Part shown: positions 48,690 to 58,015 of the stretch, piece by piece
Layout of the letters: every line of letters starts with the position of its first letter
Position numbering within the stretch: position 1 is the stretch's first letter
Assembly (NCBI GenBank): GCA_965242665.1
Contig: OZ251484.1
Span: 1,843,531 to 1,907,530 of the forward strand
DNA length: 64,000 bases
Source: Dehalococcoidia bacterium
GTDB taxonomy: Bacteria; Chloroflexota; Dehalococcoidia; Lucifugimonadales; VXLM01
Direction of reading: 5' to 3'
Position numbers and translations under genes: made by a program
The notes under the pieces: model-generated
Databases searched by the model: none
The model's input: the letters and a program-made list of their open reading frames with translations, nothing else
What the model was told of the DNA's origin: nothing

Positions 48690-50138
48690 CTATCGTTCCT
48701 GGCTCGACTCGCCGCAGAATGGCAGATCGGATTCGGAGAAGTCGTTGGTCTGTACGAAGCGCAAACTGTTGGGTATACAGCCGGTCAGTTGATTCCCCTC
48801 CAGCCAAAACGCTCGAAGGTTGTAGAGGTTGCCGAGTCCAGGGGGTATTGCGCCGGTGATCTGGTTGCCTGATATGTCCAGCGTTCGCAGGTTGTAGAGG
48901 TTCTCGAGTTCGGCGGGAACCGAGCCGGTCAGCTGATTTTCCTCTAGCCACAGCGCTTGCAGTCTGTCGAGATTGCCCAGTTCTGGGGGTATCACGCCGG
49001 TCAACTGGTTCCACGAGGGGTCTAGCACTTGGAGGTTTTCGAGGTTTCCGAGTTCTGTGGGTATCTCGCCGGCTAGCTGGTTGCGCTGGAGTTCTAGCCG
49101 CTCCAGGTTGTAGAGGTTGCCGAGTTCGGTGGGGATTGATCCGGTCAGCAGGTTATCCGAGAGCAGCAGCGCTTGCAGATTGACGAGGTTTCCGAGTTCT
49201 GTGGGTATCTCGCCGGTTAGCTGGTTGCGTCGGAGTTCTAGCCATTGCAGGTTGTTGAGGTTGCCAAGTTCAACGGGGATGTGTCCAATCAACCGGTTGT
49301 GCCGGAGTTCCAGCCGCTCCAGGCTGCTGAGGTTGCCGAGTTCTGGGGGTATTGTGCCGATCAACTGATTGTCCGAGAGTAGCAGCGCTCTCAGATTGAC
49401 GAGGCTGCTGAGTTCGACGGGCAGTGCGCCAGTCAGCTGGTTGCCCGAGAGTCCCAGTCCTCGCAGGTTGTTGAGGTTTCCGAGTTCTGGGGGTATCGCG
49501 CCGGTCAGCTGGTTATTCGAGAGGGACAGTACTTCCAGATTGACGAGGGTAGTGAGTTCTGTGGGTATTGTGCCGGTCAACTGGTTGTCGTCGATGTACA
49601 GCGCTCTTAGATTGACGAGTCTGCTGAGTTCGGTAGGTATCGTGCCGGTCAGCTGATTGTTATCGAGCCACAACCGTTCCAAGTTGGCGAGGGTAGTGAG
49701 TTCTGTGGGTATTGTGCCGGTCAGCTGGTTGCCGTCGAGATGCAGCTCTTCCAGATTGACGAGGGTAGTGAGTTCGGTGGGTATCTCCCCGGTCAACTGA
49801 TTGTCCGAGATGGTCAGGCTTTCCAAGTTGACGAGGGTAGTGAGTTCGGTCGGTATCTCTCCGGTCAACTGGTTATTGGAGAGATTCAAGTGAGTGACGC
49901 GCCCGGTGTCGTCGGTAGTTACACCGTGCCACTCGCCTATTGGTCGGTTGCTGAGCCAGTGAGTATCGTTCCGCCAGTTCGGCCCGTACGTAGCATAGTA
50001 GAAGCGAGAGAGGGCTTCTATCTCTCCCTTGATATCGGCTGCTTCCTCTTCTTCCGCGGCTGTTGGCGCCGGAGGGTCGCTACACGCGACAAAGAAGAGT
50101 ATCAATGCGGCGCATGTCAAGACGACCTGGGCGGCCAT
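48690..50138 (-). CDS. Leucine-rich repeat lipoprotein, 16 x 24-aa plant-type LRR
   Basis: Lipobox FVAC; N-cap (YYATYGPNW...GEWHGVTTD); repeats LxLxxNQLTGxIPxELGNLxNL; C-cap CIP...LPFC. Confidence 0.92.
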   Translation of the reverse strand: MAAQVVLTCAALILFFVACSDPPAPTAAEEEEAADIKGEIEALSRFYYATYGPNWRNDTHWLSNRPIGEWHGVTTDDTGRVTHLNLSNNQLTGEIPTELTTLVNLESLTISDNQLTGEIPTELTTLVNLEELHLDGNQLTGTIPTELTTLANLERLWLDNNQLTGTIPTELSRLVNLRALYIDDNQLTGTIPTELTTLVNLEVLSLSNNQLTGAIPPELGNLNNLRGLGLSGNQLTGALPVELSSLVNLRALLLSDNQLIGTIPPELGNLSSLERLELRHNRLIGHIPVELGNLNNLQWLELRRNQLTGEIPTELGNLVNLQALLLSDNLLTGSIPTELGNLYNLERLELQRNQLAGEIPTELGNLENLQVLDPSWNQLTGVIPPELGNLDRLQALWLEENQLTGSVPAELENLYNLRTLDISGNQITGAIPPGLGNLYNLRAFWLEGNQLTGCIPNSLRFVQTNDFSESDLPFCGESSQER

Positions 50139-50334
50139 ACGTTCGGGTGAGGGGGTAGAAGAGAGCATCTTGCAATGGTTGCTACGGTCGCGGTTATTGG
50201 GAGATGAGTAACGATTGGCGACGTTCCACCTTCCTGGTTTTCGGATGTGTAATTATACGCGGAGCGTTTGGATATGGTCAACCCAATGGAGTGAGTCATG
50301 GACATGGACGAACAGCAGAATCTCGTGGACGAAA

Positions 50335-51465
50335 CTAGGCTCTCCGCAGCAGCGCTTCCCGCAGTCGGTCTGCGGTGATGCGGGTTTCCTCGTCGGTCAT
50401 GCAGTTGACGACGACGCGCAGGGAGCCGCTCTCGGCGTCGACCCAGATGCGGGGATTGCCGGAGTCGAGCTCCGCGCGGACATCCTCCGCGCTCTTTCCG
50501 ATGATGGACTCGTCGATATCGATGACCATCACGTACGGAACGTAGTGATGTATCTCCGTGCGGCGTACAGCGACGCCGTCCAGGTCGCGGACGGCTTCCT
50601 CGATGTCCGCGAACCGCGCCTCATATTCGAGGATGCGTTCTTCGTGGTACATGGTGAACCAATCTTCGATGGCGGTGACGACGCCGATGATCTCGTGTCG
50701 GTCGATCTTCATGGCGCGCCCGACCGCCTTGCCGCCGTCATAGTGATAGGAGACGAAGCTCTGCGCGGAAACGGCGTCTATCAGATCGCGTTTGCCGCAC
50801 ACGAAACCGGCAGAATGCGGCGCGCCCATGTACTTCGCCCCGAACGTTACGAGATCGGCCGACTGCGCGCACCGGCGGAAGTAGTCCAGGGGGTATATCT
50901 GAGAGCATGCGTCCGCGACCGCAGGGACGCCGTGCGAGCGCGCGATGGCGACCGTGTCTTCCAACGAAACGATGGCGTCGTCGATGGGCGGCTGGATGTA
51001 GTAGGCCACCGCCGCCGTGCGCGGGCCGATGGCGTCGTGCAGATCAGACTCGGACGTTCCCCTACTGTCGCCAGCCTCGACGAGCGCGGCGCCCGTCAGA
51101 GTGTAGCAACGGTCGAACATATAGCGGTTTCGTGCCTGGATGACGACCTGGTCCTTCATGCCGGCGGTATCGGGAAGGCGTGCGATCTTGGCTGGGTCCG
51201 CGCCTGCCATGCACGCCGCAATGCCAAGGGCCTGCGCGGCCGCTCCGCCGGAAGTGACATAGGCAGCCTCGACACCCAATAGGTCGGCGATGAAATCCCC
51301 CGACTTTTGGAGAAGCTCCTGCATCTCGACCGTAGCCTCGTTCGCCTGCTCCATCGCTTGCATTACCTTGCGGCTCGGCGTCCAACCGCCCAGCTCCGTC
51401 GCGACCCCCCAGGCGTTGATGACGCGCCGCACTCCCAGCCGCTCGTATACGTCGATGTTGTTCAT
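50335..51465 (-). CDS. SelA-like PLP-dependent enzyme (DgaE-like)
   Basis: VRRVINAWG, VTSGGAAA, TFGAKYMGAPHSAG, GRAMKIDRHEI. Confidence 0.82.
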   Translation of the reverse strand: MNNIDVYERLGVRRVINAWGVATELGGWTPSRKVMQAMEQANEATVEMQELLQKSGDFIADLLGVEAAYVTSGGAAAQALGIAACMAGADPAKIARLPDTAGMKDQVVIQARNRYMFDRCYTLTGAALVEAGDSRGTSESDLHDAIGPRTAAVAYYIQPPIDDAIVSLEDTVAIARSHGVPAVADACSQIYPLDYFRRCAQSADLVTFGAKYMGAPHSAGFVCGKRDLIDAVSAQSFVSYHYDGGKAVGRAMKIDRHEIIGVVTAIEDWFTMYHEERILEYEARFADIEEAVRDLDGVAVRRTEIHHYVPYVMVIDIDESIIGKSAEDVRAELDSGNPRIWVDAESGSLRVVVNCMTDEETRITADRLREALLRRA

Positions 51466-51568
51466 GATTCTCGAAAACACTCGCGTAGGATGATGGAGTG
51501 GATTGTAGCGGGGGCACGGTCACGTTGTCAACGCAGATGCGCGGCGTATCGACTGCATCCGTCCTGCG

Positions 51569-51630
51569 TTGACTTGTGCGGTCGAGCGGCGCACAATGCT
51601 TCTTGCAGATCCGCTGCGCCGCTCGACCGC
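51569..51630 (+). promoter_or_regulatory. MTase promoter TTGACT-N17-CACAAT with a perfect 16-bp inverted repeat
   Basis: GCGGTCGAGCGGCGCA at 51578-51593 and TGCGCCGCTCGACCGC at 51615-51630; degenerate copy upstream of MTase 2. Confidence 0.6.
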
Positions 51631-51672
51631 TGCATGAAGACCCAACGGCGGCTGCGCTCACTCCCGGCGCCC

Positions 51673-53499
51673 ATGACGGCGGAAGACGAATTCATGCCAG
51701 ATCTCAATACAACCGAACTGGACGGCACCATATTCATCAGCGACAACCTGCCGTTCCTCAAGGCGCTGGACACGGAGAGCGTCGATCTCATCTGCATCGA
51801 TCCTCCTTTCGACAAGAACGAGACGTTTAGCGACGAACTGCGTCCCCCGCTCAGCGAAGAGGAGCAGCGCATCGAGCAGGAGTTGATGGCCGAATGGGGC
51901 GCTTTCGATGAAGAATCCGCATACAAGGCTGGCATCGAGTACCCGGATCAAGACGGTTCGACGGCCAAGTTCGAGGACATATTCCGCTTCGATCAGGACG
52001 TTCACGAGGATTGGATGCAGTCTATCGGGGAGCGGAATCCTGGGTTGGCGCTGCTCATAGAGTCGACGCGCTACACGCACAGCGACAGCAGGGCAGCCTA
52101 TATTGCGTTCATGGCGGAACGGATGCTCGAGATCAGGCGGATCTTGAAGCCGACGGGGAGCGTGTATCTGCACTGCGACGATGCCGCCAACGGATATCTG
52201 CGTCAACTCATGGATGCAGTATTCGGAAAGGATAATTTCCGGAATGAGATAGCATGGAAGCGGACGAACGCCCCGACGGCGTCGGAATATCAGTTCGGGC
52301 GTGTCCATGACACGATATTCATGTATGCCAAGAGCGACCAGACGAGAGTGAATCCGGTGTACATCCCATACGCCAAGGAATACGTTGACGAGCATTTCAA
52401 ATTTGAAGATGAGGGCGGGCGGTTCCAAGTGACCCCGCTGACGGCACAGGGGACAAGACGCGGGGACTCGGGGCGTCCGTGGCGGGGGGTAGACGTCACT
52501 GCCAGGGGGCTGCATTGGGCAAGTCCAAGCGCACTGCCCGAGGGCGTAGAGAAGCCAAGAGAGTATGAGGGAATGACGTCTCAAGAGAAGCTGGATTGGC
52601 TCGACGAACGCGGACTCATCTACTGGCCCAAGCAGGGAAGGATGCCGCGGTTCAAGCGTTACTTGTCTACGAGCCGGGGGACGCGGGCATCGGACTTCAT
52701 AACGGATATTCCGGGGCTGCAAGGGGCGTCGATAGAACGCACCGGCTACCCGACGCAAAAGCCCCAGGCCCTCGCTCTACGCATCATCGAAGCGAGCACC
52801 AATCCCGGCGACATCGTCTTGGACTGCTTCGCCGGCTGCGCCTACGTTCCCGTGGCCGCGCAGGTCACAGGGAGACGGTGGGTCGCCTGCGATATGTCCC
52901 CGCGTGCTTGGACGGTCGTCCGCCGCCAATTTCACAAGCATCAGGACTTGGGAATCGTTACGGAGGGGGAGATCGCCGCAGACGGGGACGGCATGAAGGT
53001 GAACCCCAAGCTGGAAACCGCCAACCGAATCATCAAGGTTCGCGGCCCCCATCAACTGCCGATACGTACTACGCCGGATGAACAAGACGCCGTGCCGGTA
53101 CGGATGCTTTCGCGTCCGCGGTACAAGGTCCGCCCGCACGAAAGCGACCAGAAGATTTGGGATGCGTTCGTAGAGCATTGGGGTTCGGCGTGCTGGTACT
53201 GCGGTGCAGAAACGAGGAGAGACCGCAGGGATCTCCAGATCGATCACGTCGAAGCGAACAAGCGCGACGGCACGAACGACGATTGCTGGAACCGCGCGCT
53301 CGCGTGCATTGCGTGCAACAGCGACAAGAGCAACAAGCTCACGCCAGCCGAGACGATCGCAGTCGCGCTGAAGCAGGGGCGCATCTCGACGTTGGCGCGG
53401 AGCAAAGAAGTGAAGGCGACGTTCGCCGCTCGCCGTCAGTGGGCGAAAGACCGATGGGAGAGGGTCAGGCCAAGGGCAGGTGGAGAGGACGAGGGCTGA
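51673..53499 (+). CDS. Beta-class N4/N6 DNA methyltransferase fused to C-terminal HNH domain, copy 1
   Basis: Motif IV DPPF near the N-terminus, GYPTQKP, motif I DCFAGC, then CWYCG...IDHV...N...CIACNSDK. Start by analogy to copy 2 (alternative ATG 51694). Confidence 0.9.
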   Translation: MTAEDEFMPDLNTTELDGTIFISDNLPFLKALDTESVDLICIDPPFDKNETFSDELRPPLSEEEQRIEQELMAEWGAFDEESAYKAGIEYPDQDGSTAKFEDIFRFDQDVHEDWMQSIGERNPGLALLIESTRYTHSDSRAAYIAFMAERMLEIRRILKPTGSVYLHCDDAANGYLRQLMDAVFGKDNFRNEIAWKRTNAPTASEYQFGRVHDTIFMYAKSDQTRVNPVYIPYAKEYVDEHFKFEDEGGRFQVTPLTAQGTRRGDSGRPWRGVDVTARGLHWASPSALPEGVEKPREYEGMTSQEKLDWLDERGLIYWPKQGRMPRFKRYLSTSRGTRASDFITDIPGLQGASIERTGYPTQKPQALALRIIEASTNPGDIVLDCFAGCAYVPVAAQVTGRRWVACDMSPRAWTVVRRQFHKHQDLGIVTEGEIAADGDGMKVNPKLETANRIIKVRGPHQLPIRTTPDEQDAVPVRMLSRPRYKVRPHESDQKIWDAFVEHWGSACWYCGAETRRDRRDLQIDHVEANKRDGTNDDCWNRALACIACNSDKSNKLTPAETIAVALKQGRISTLARSKEVKATFAARRQWAKDRWERVRPRAGGEDEG

Positions 53500-53567
53500 C
53501 TGACGCGGCGGCAATGCTTCTGGGTATACATCCGCCAGCCGCAACCCGTGAACGCAAGGTGAGGCTG

Positions 53568-53786
53568 GGTTCCGTTTACTTTTGCGGCATGACGGCTGGG
53601 GGACGGCAACTCTCCAAAGCGGTGCGTCCAATCGCGCAACGGGAGATTCCCGCCTACGCGGGAATGACCGAGCTCCGCTTCTTGTTCTTCTTGGCGTTCC
53701 GGGAGATTCCCGCCTACGCGGGAATGACGGAGAGTCCAACCTTTTGCGGCCTGGGCGCAATCCATGCCGCAAAAGTAAACGGTAAG
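53568..53786. mobile_element. MITE-like insertion with 20-bp perfect inverted repeats and 8-9 bp target-site duplication
   Basis: CCGTTTACTTTTGCGGCATG at 53572-53591 and its reverse complement at 53763-53782. (G)TGAGGCTG at 53559-53567 and 53786-53794. Two internal dRS3-like palindromes 60 bp apart. Confidence 0.8.
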
Positions 53787-53912
53787 TGAGGCTGCATCCG
53801 TCCTGCGTTGACTTGTGCGGTCGAGCGGTGCACAATACTTCTTGCAGATCCGTTGCGGCCGCTCGAACGCTGCATGAAGACCCAATAGCGGCTTCGCGCA
53901 CTCCCTGCGCCC

Positions 53913-55700
53913 ATGACGGTGGAAGGCGAAATCATGCCAGAGCTCAATACAACCGAACTGGACGGCACCATATTCATCAGCGACAACCTGCCGTTCCTCA
54001 AGGCGCTGGACACGGAGAGCGTCGATCTCATCTGCATCGACCCGCCGTTCGGGAAGAAGCAGACGTTCGTCGGAAATTTGAATCCGCCTCTGTCCCAAGA
54101 AGAGATCCTGATCGAACGAGAGTTGATGGACTCGTGGGGGGCATACGACCCTCAGAGCGCATACGAGATTGGCTTAGAGTATCCCGACCAGTCGGGTAGG
54201 ACGGCCAACTTCGAGGATATCTGGGATTTCAGGGTGCGCGTCTATAAAGACTGGTTCGAGAGTCTTCAAGACATATGTCCCAGCGCGTACTGGTTGATAC
54301 AGGCGACGCGCCATACGCACAGCGAGGGCATTGCCGCGTACATCGCATTTATGGTCGAGCGTGTGTTGGAAATGCGGCGAATCCTGAAGCCGACGGGGAG
54401 TATCTATGTACACTGCGACCACACCGCCAACGCATATCTGCGGCAGATGATGGACGCAGTATTTGGCCTGGATAACTTCTTGAACGAAATCACTTGGCAG
54501 CGCGTGGCGACGAAGAAAGGCAACTTGACCAGGGGGCTTGCCAACGATACGGATACGATTCTCCGATACGGCAAGAACGCCAGCAAGGTCGTTTGGAACG
54601 CCGACGCCGTTACTGCCCCCTACGCCCCGGACAACCTGCCTGAGACGATTGCGAAGAAATACACGCACAGCGATCCCGACGGCAGGCTATGGAGATTGAC
54701 TGAGATAACCTCCCCGTCTCAAAATTCCGATCCTTCGAAGACGTTCGAGGTCATGGGGGTTACTCGCACGTGGCGATGGAAACGGGAGAGAATAGAGCAG
54801 GAGATAGCCAACGGACGGATCATCCAGATGAGGCCCGGCGCTGTCCCGCGCTACAAGAGATACTTGGATGAGCAAAGAGGATTGACGATCAACAACCTCT
54901 GGACCGACATCAACAACCTCAACTCCATGGCGAGGGAGCGCACCGGTTATCCCACACAGAAGCCCCAGGCCCTCGCCCGGCGCATCATCGAGATGAGCAC
55001 CAACCCCGGCGACATCGTCTTGGACTGCTTCGCCGGCTGCGCCTACGTTCCTGTGGCCGCGCAGATCACAGGGCGGCGATGGATCGCCTGCGATATGTCC
55101 CCGCGCGCTTGGACGATCGTCCGCCGCCAATTTCACAAGCATCAGGACTTGGGCATCGTTACGGAGGGGGAAATCGCCGCAGACGAGAAGGGCGTGAAAG
55201 TGAGTCCCAAGCTGGAAACCGCCAACCGAATCATCAAGGTTCGCGGACCGAATCAGCTGCCCGTGAGAACCACCGAAGACGTACAGGAACCTCTACCGGC
55301 ACGGAGGCTTCCTCGGCCTCAATACAAGGTGCGCCCCTATGAGACCGATCAGGAGATATGGGACGCCTTCGTGGATCAGTACGGTACGTCCTGTTGGTAC
55401 TGCGGCGCCGAGACGAGAAGAGACCGCAGGGAGCTTCACCTCGATCACATCGAGCCAAACAGCCGTGACGGCACGAACAATGACTGTTGGAACCGCGCGC
55501 TTGCCTGCTCGCCGTGCAACAGCGACAAGAGCAACAAGCTCACGCCAACCGAGACGACCGCATTCGCGCTGAAGCAGGGGCGCATCTCGACGCTGGCGCG
55601 GAGCAAAGAGGTGAAGGCGACGTTCGCCGCTCGCCATCAGTGGGCGAAAGACCGATGGGAGAGGATCAGGCCGAGGACAGGCGGAGATGACGAGGACTGA
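53913..55700 (+). CDS. Beta-class N4/N6 DNA methyltransferase fused to C-terminal HNH domain, copy 2
   Basis: Same motifs as copy 1 (DPPF, GYPTQKP, DCFAGC, CWYCG...LDHI...CSPCNSDK); central region unrelated. Confidence 0.9.
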   Translation: MTVEGEIMPELNTTELDGTIFISDNLPFLKALDTESVDLICIDPPFGKKQTFVGNLNPPLSQEEILIERELMDSWGAYDPQSAYEIGLEYPDQSGRTANFEDIWDFRVRVYKDWFESLQDICPSAYWLIQATRHTHSEGIAAYIAFMVERVLEMRRILKPTGSIYVHCDHTANAYLRQMMDAVFGLDNFLNEITWQRVATKKGNLTRGLANDTDTILRYGKNASKVVWNADAVTAPYAPDNLPETIAKKYTHSDPDGRLWRLTEITSPSQNSDPSKTFEVMGVTRTWRWKRERIEQEIANGRIIQMRPGAVPRYKRYLDEQRGLTINNLWTDINNLNSMARERTGYPTQKPQALARRIIEMSTNPGDIVLDCFAGCAYVPVAAQITGRRWIACDMSPRAWTIVRRQFHKHQDLGIVTEGEIAADEKGVKVSPKLETANRIIKVRGPNQLPVRTTEDVQEPLPARRLPRPQYKVRPYETDQEIWDAFVDQYGTSCWYCGAETRRDRRELHLDHIEPNSRDGTNNDCWNRALACSPCNSDKSNKLTPTETTAFALKQGRISTLARSKEVKATFAARHQWAKDRWERIRPRTGGDDED

Positions 55701-55823
55701 CTGACGCCGCGGCAATGCTTCTGGTACACATCCGCCAGCCGCAGCCCGTGAACGCAGGGCGAGGCTGTGCATCCGACGAATTGAGACAATACGCGCGTCC
55801 TCGCGCCGACGGCGAGGACCGCC

Positions 55824-56453
55824 ATGGAAGGAACGAGAATGATCCAACTCGACGAAAAGGGACTCGTGGCCGCCATCGTACAGGATGACGCCACGGGCAA
55901 GGTGCTGATGCTCGGTTACATGAACCCCGAGGCCGTGGAGCGCACCCTCGGCGGCGAGAACGTCTGGTTCTACAGCCGCAGCCGCGCGACGTTGTGGCTC
56001 AAGGGCGAGACGTCCGGCAACTTCCTGAAGGTCAAGTCGCTCCACCTCGATTGCGATGGAGACGCCATCTTGGTCAAGGCGGATCCCCAGGGTCCGACTT
56101 GCCACACGGGAGAATCGTCTTGCTTCTTCACGCCGTTGGACGGCCGGCAGGAATTCTCCGCGCACGATCGCGGCCCGGGCATCACAGACGAGTTGTTCGC
56201 GGTCATCACATCGCGAATGGACGAGATGCCGGAGGGCAGCTATACGGCCGAGTTGTTCGAGCGCGGCGTCAACCACGTTGCCAAGAAGGTCATCGAGGAA
56301 GCAGGAGAGGCGGCCATCGCCGGAGTCACGAGGGATACTGAAGCGCTGGCGTCCGAAGCAGCCGACTTGATATACCATACCCTGGCGCTCCTCGCGGCGT
56401 CTGGCGTGACGCCCGAGGACGTATGGACGAAGCTCCGGGAGCGGAGGAAGTAG
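55824..56453 (+). CDS. hisIE: Bifunctional phosphoribosyl-AMP cyclohydrolase / phosphoribosyl-ATP pyrophosphatase
   Basis: [18 protein letters not shown]...[21 protein letters not shown]. Confidence 0.95.
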   Translation: MEGTRMIQLDEKGLVAAIVQDDATGKVLMLGYMNPEAVERTLGGENVWFYSRSRATLWLKGETSGNFLKVKSLHLDCDGDAILVKADPQGPTCHTGESSCFFTPLDGRQEFSAHDRGPGITDELFAVITSRMDEMPEGSYTAELFERGVNHVAKKVIEEAGEAAIAGVTRDTEALASEAADLIYHTLALLAASGVTPEDVWTKLRERRK

Positions 56454-56477
56454 ACGAGAGGAACTCGTCTACGCTGC

Positions 56478-57518
56478 ATGACAGAGAAGCAATTGTCTCA
56501 AGATATTGTCCTGAGCGCCGTCGACCAGTCGCCCCGGCGGAAAGGGGATCCGGCGTCGGAGTCGCTGCGCGATACGGTTGCGCTGGCGCAGGCCGCGGAG
56601 GAGTTTGGATACGCGCGGTACTGGGTCGCGGAGCATCATAACTCGACGTCGTCCACTGGCAACGCGCCGGAGATACTCATTGGGCAGATCGCGGCGAACA
56701 CGTCCACGATACGGGTTGGAAGCGGCGGCGTGATGCTGCCGCACTACTCCGCGCTGAAAGTGGCGGAGCAGTTTCGTACCCTCAACGCCTTCTATCCAGG
56801 ACGCATCGACCTTGGAGTCGGACGCGCGCCGGGCAGCGACCAACGCACCGCGCTGGCGCTGACCTACCCCCGTCCCCCCGCGGATGTCAACCGATTTCCT
56901 CAGATGGTCTCCGACCTCATCGCCTTCCTCGAGGACGGTTTGTCCGAGGATCATCCCTTCGCCGGAATAAAGGCGCAGTCCGGACCAACGCCTCCAGACC
57001 TGCCGAAGGTATGGCTGCTTGGATCGAGCGATTTCTCCGCGCGGCTTGCGGGGCTGCTCGGGCTGCCCTTCGCCTTTGCGGACTTCTTCGGCACGACCGG
57101 CGAGTACGGCCCAGCCGTGGCTCATCTATACCGAGAGCAGTTCAAGCCATCGAAGTATCTCGACGAGCCGATGCTAAACGTTACCGTGCAGGCGCTCTGC
57201 GCGCCAACGGACGAGGAGGCGAGCTTCATCGCTTCCAGCCGCAACCTCGCCAAGGCCGCCCAACACCTCGGACTCAATGACGGACTGTTGCCCCCGGAGG
57301 AAGCGGTCGATTACCCTCTAACCGAGGTAGCCAAGCAGTACATCGAAAGCCTCACTCCGGCCTACGTCGACGGATCGCCCGAGCGGGTTCGGAGCCGCAT
57401 CGTCCAACTTGCCGCGGACTACGGCGCTTCCGACGTTGGGATAGTCACCAACTGCTATCACCGCGAACACCGCATCCGCTCATACCGACTGATCGCGGAT
57501 GCATTCCGATCGGCGTGA
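56478..57518 (+). CDS. Luciferase-like (LLM class) flavin-dependent oxidoreductase
   Basis: RYWVAEHH, RVGSGGVMLPHY, RIDLGVGRAPG, WLLGSS. Confidence 0.93.
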   Translation: MTEKQLSQDIVLSAVDQSPRRKGDPASESLRDTVALAQAAEEFGYARYWVAEHHNSTSSTGNAPEILIGQIAANTSTIRVGSGGVMLPHYSALKVAEQFRTLNAFYPGRIDLGVGRAPGSDQRTALALTYPRPPADVNRFPQMVSDLIAFLEDGLSEDHPFAGIKAQSGPTPPDLPKVWLLGSSDFSARLAGLLGLPFAFADFFGTTGEYGPAVAHLYREQFKPSKYLDEPMLNVTVQALCAPTDEEASFIASSRNLAKAAQHLGLNDGLLPPEEAVDYPLTEVAKQYIESLTPAYVDGSPERVRSRIVQLAADYGASDVGIVTNCYHREHRIRSYRLIADAFRSA

Positions 57519-57537
57519 TGTACATTCCATCACGGCG

Positions 57538-57777
57538 CTATGCCCCGTCGCCGGGGAGGGTGGTCGAGGACGGCACGTCCACTGCCAGGAAGATGACGAA
57601 CAGCACAGCCAGAATGACGATGACGGCGGCCGTCGCCCACAACCAGCGTCGTGAGCGGAAGCCGATTGCGCGCCGATGCCTCGCGTTTTCCTCCGCCCGT
57701 TCCAGGTCCTCCAATCGACGCCCGTGTTGCTTGGCGCCCTCTTCGACACGCCCTCTGATGTCAGGTATGTACGCCAT
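57538..57777 (-). CDS. Small single-pass membrane protein, hypothetical
   Basis: AAGGAGGT RBS; TM WLWATAAVIVILAVLFVIFLAV. Confidence 0.7.
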   Translation of the reverse strand: MAYIPDIRGRVEEGAKQHGRRLEDLERAEENARHRRAIGFRSRRWLWATAAVIVILAVLFVIFLAVDVPSSTTLPGDGA

Positions 57778-58015
57778 CGCTGCACCTCCTTACTGGACTC
57801 TCAGCGAATTGGAACGGTTCTCGATGGTGGTTGCTGCTATTCTCCTGCTTTCGTCTGCGCGTTCGTAGATGCGGGTACTGCCGATTCCTCGCGAATTACT
57901 CGCGGGGCGTCCCCTCTCATGCCGATGATAGCACAGGACGACGCGGAGTGCAACTTGCAACGGGGCAGAGAACGCTGCCTCTCCCCAAAGGTCGTGCAGC
58001 CCCGCCGTCCTGCAG

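Noticed and set aside
50298-50378. 26-codon ORF MDMDEQQNLVDETR... with a weak RBS
   Set aside because: Too short, overlaps the 3' end of the SelA-like gene on the opposite strand, and has no supporting motif.
50335-51465. Selenocysteine system suggested by the SelA-like gene
   Set aside because: The protein lacks the SelA N-terminal extension, there is no tRNA-Sec or selB/selD in the window, and the thioredoxin SxxC uses a Ser codon rather than TGA.
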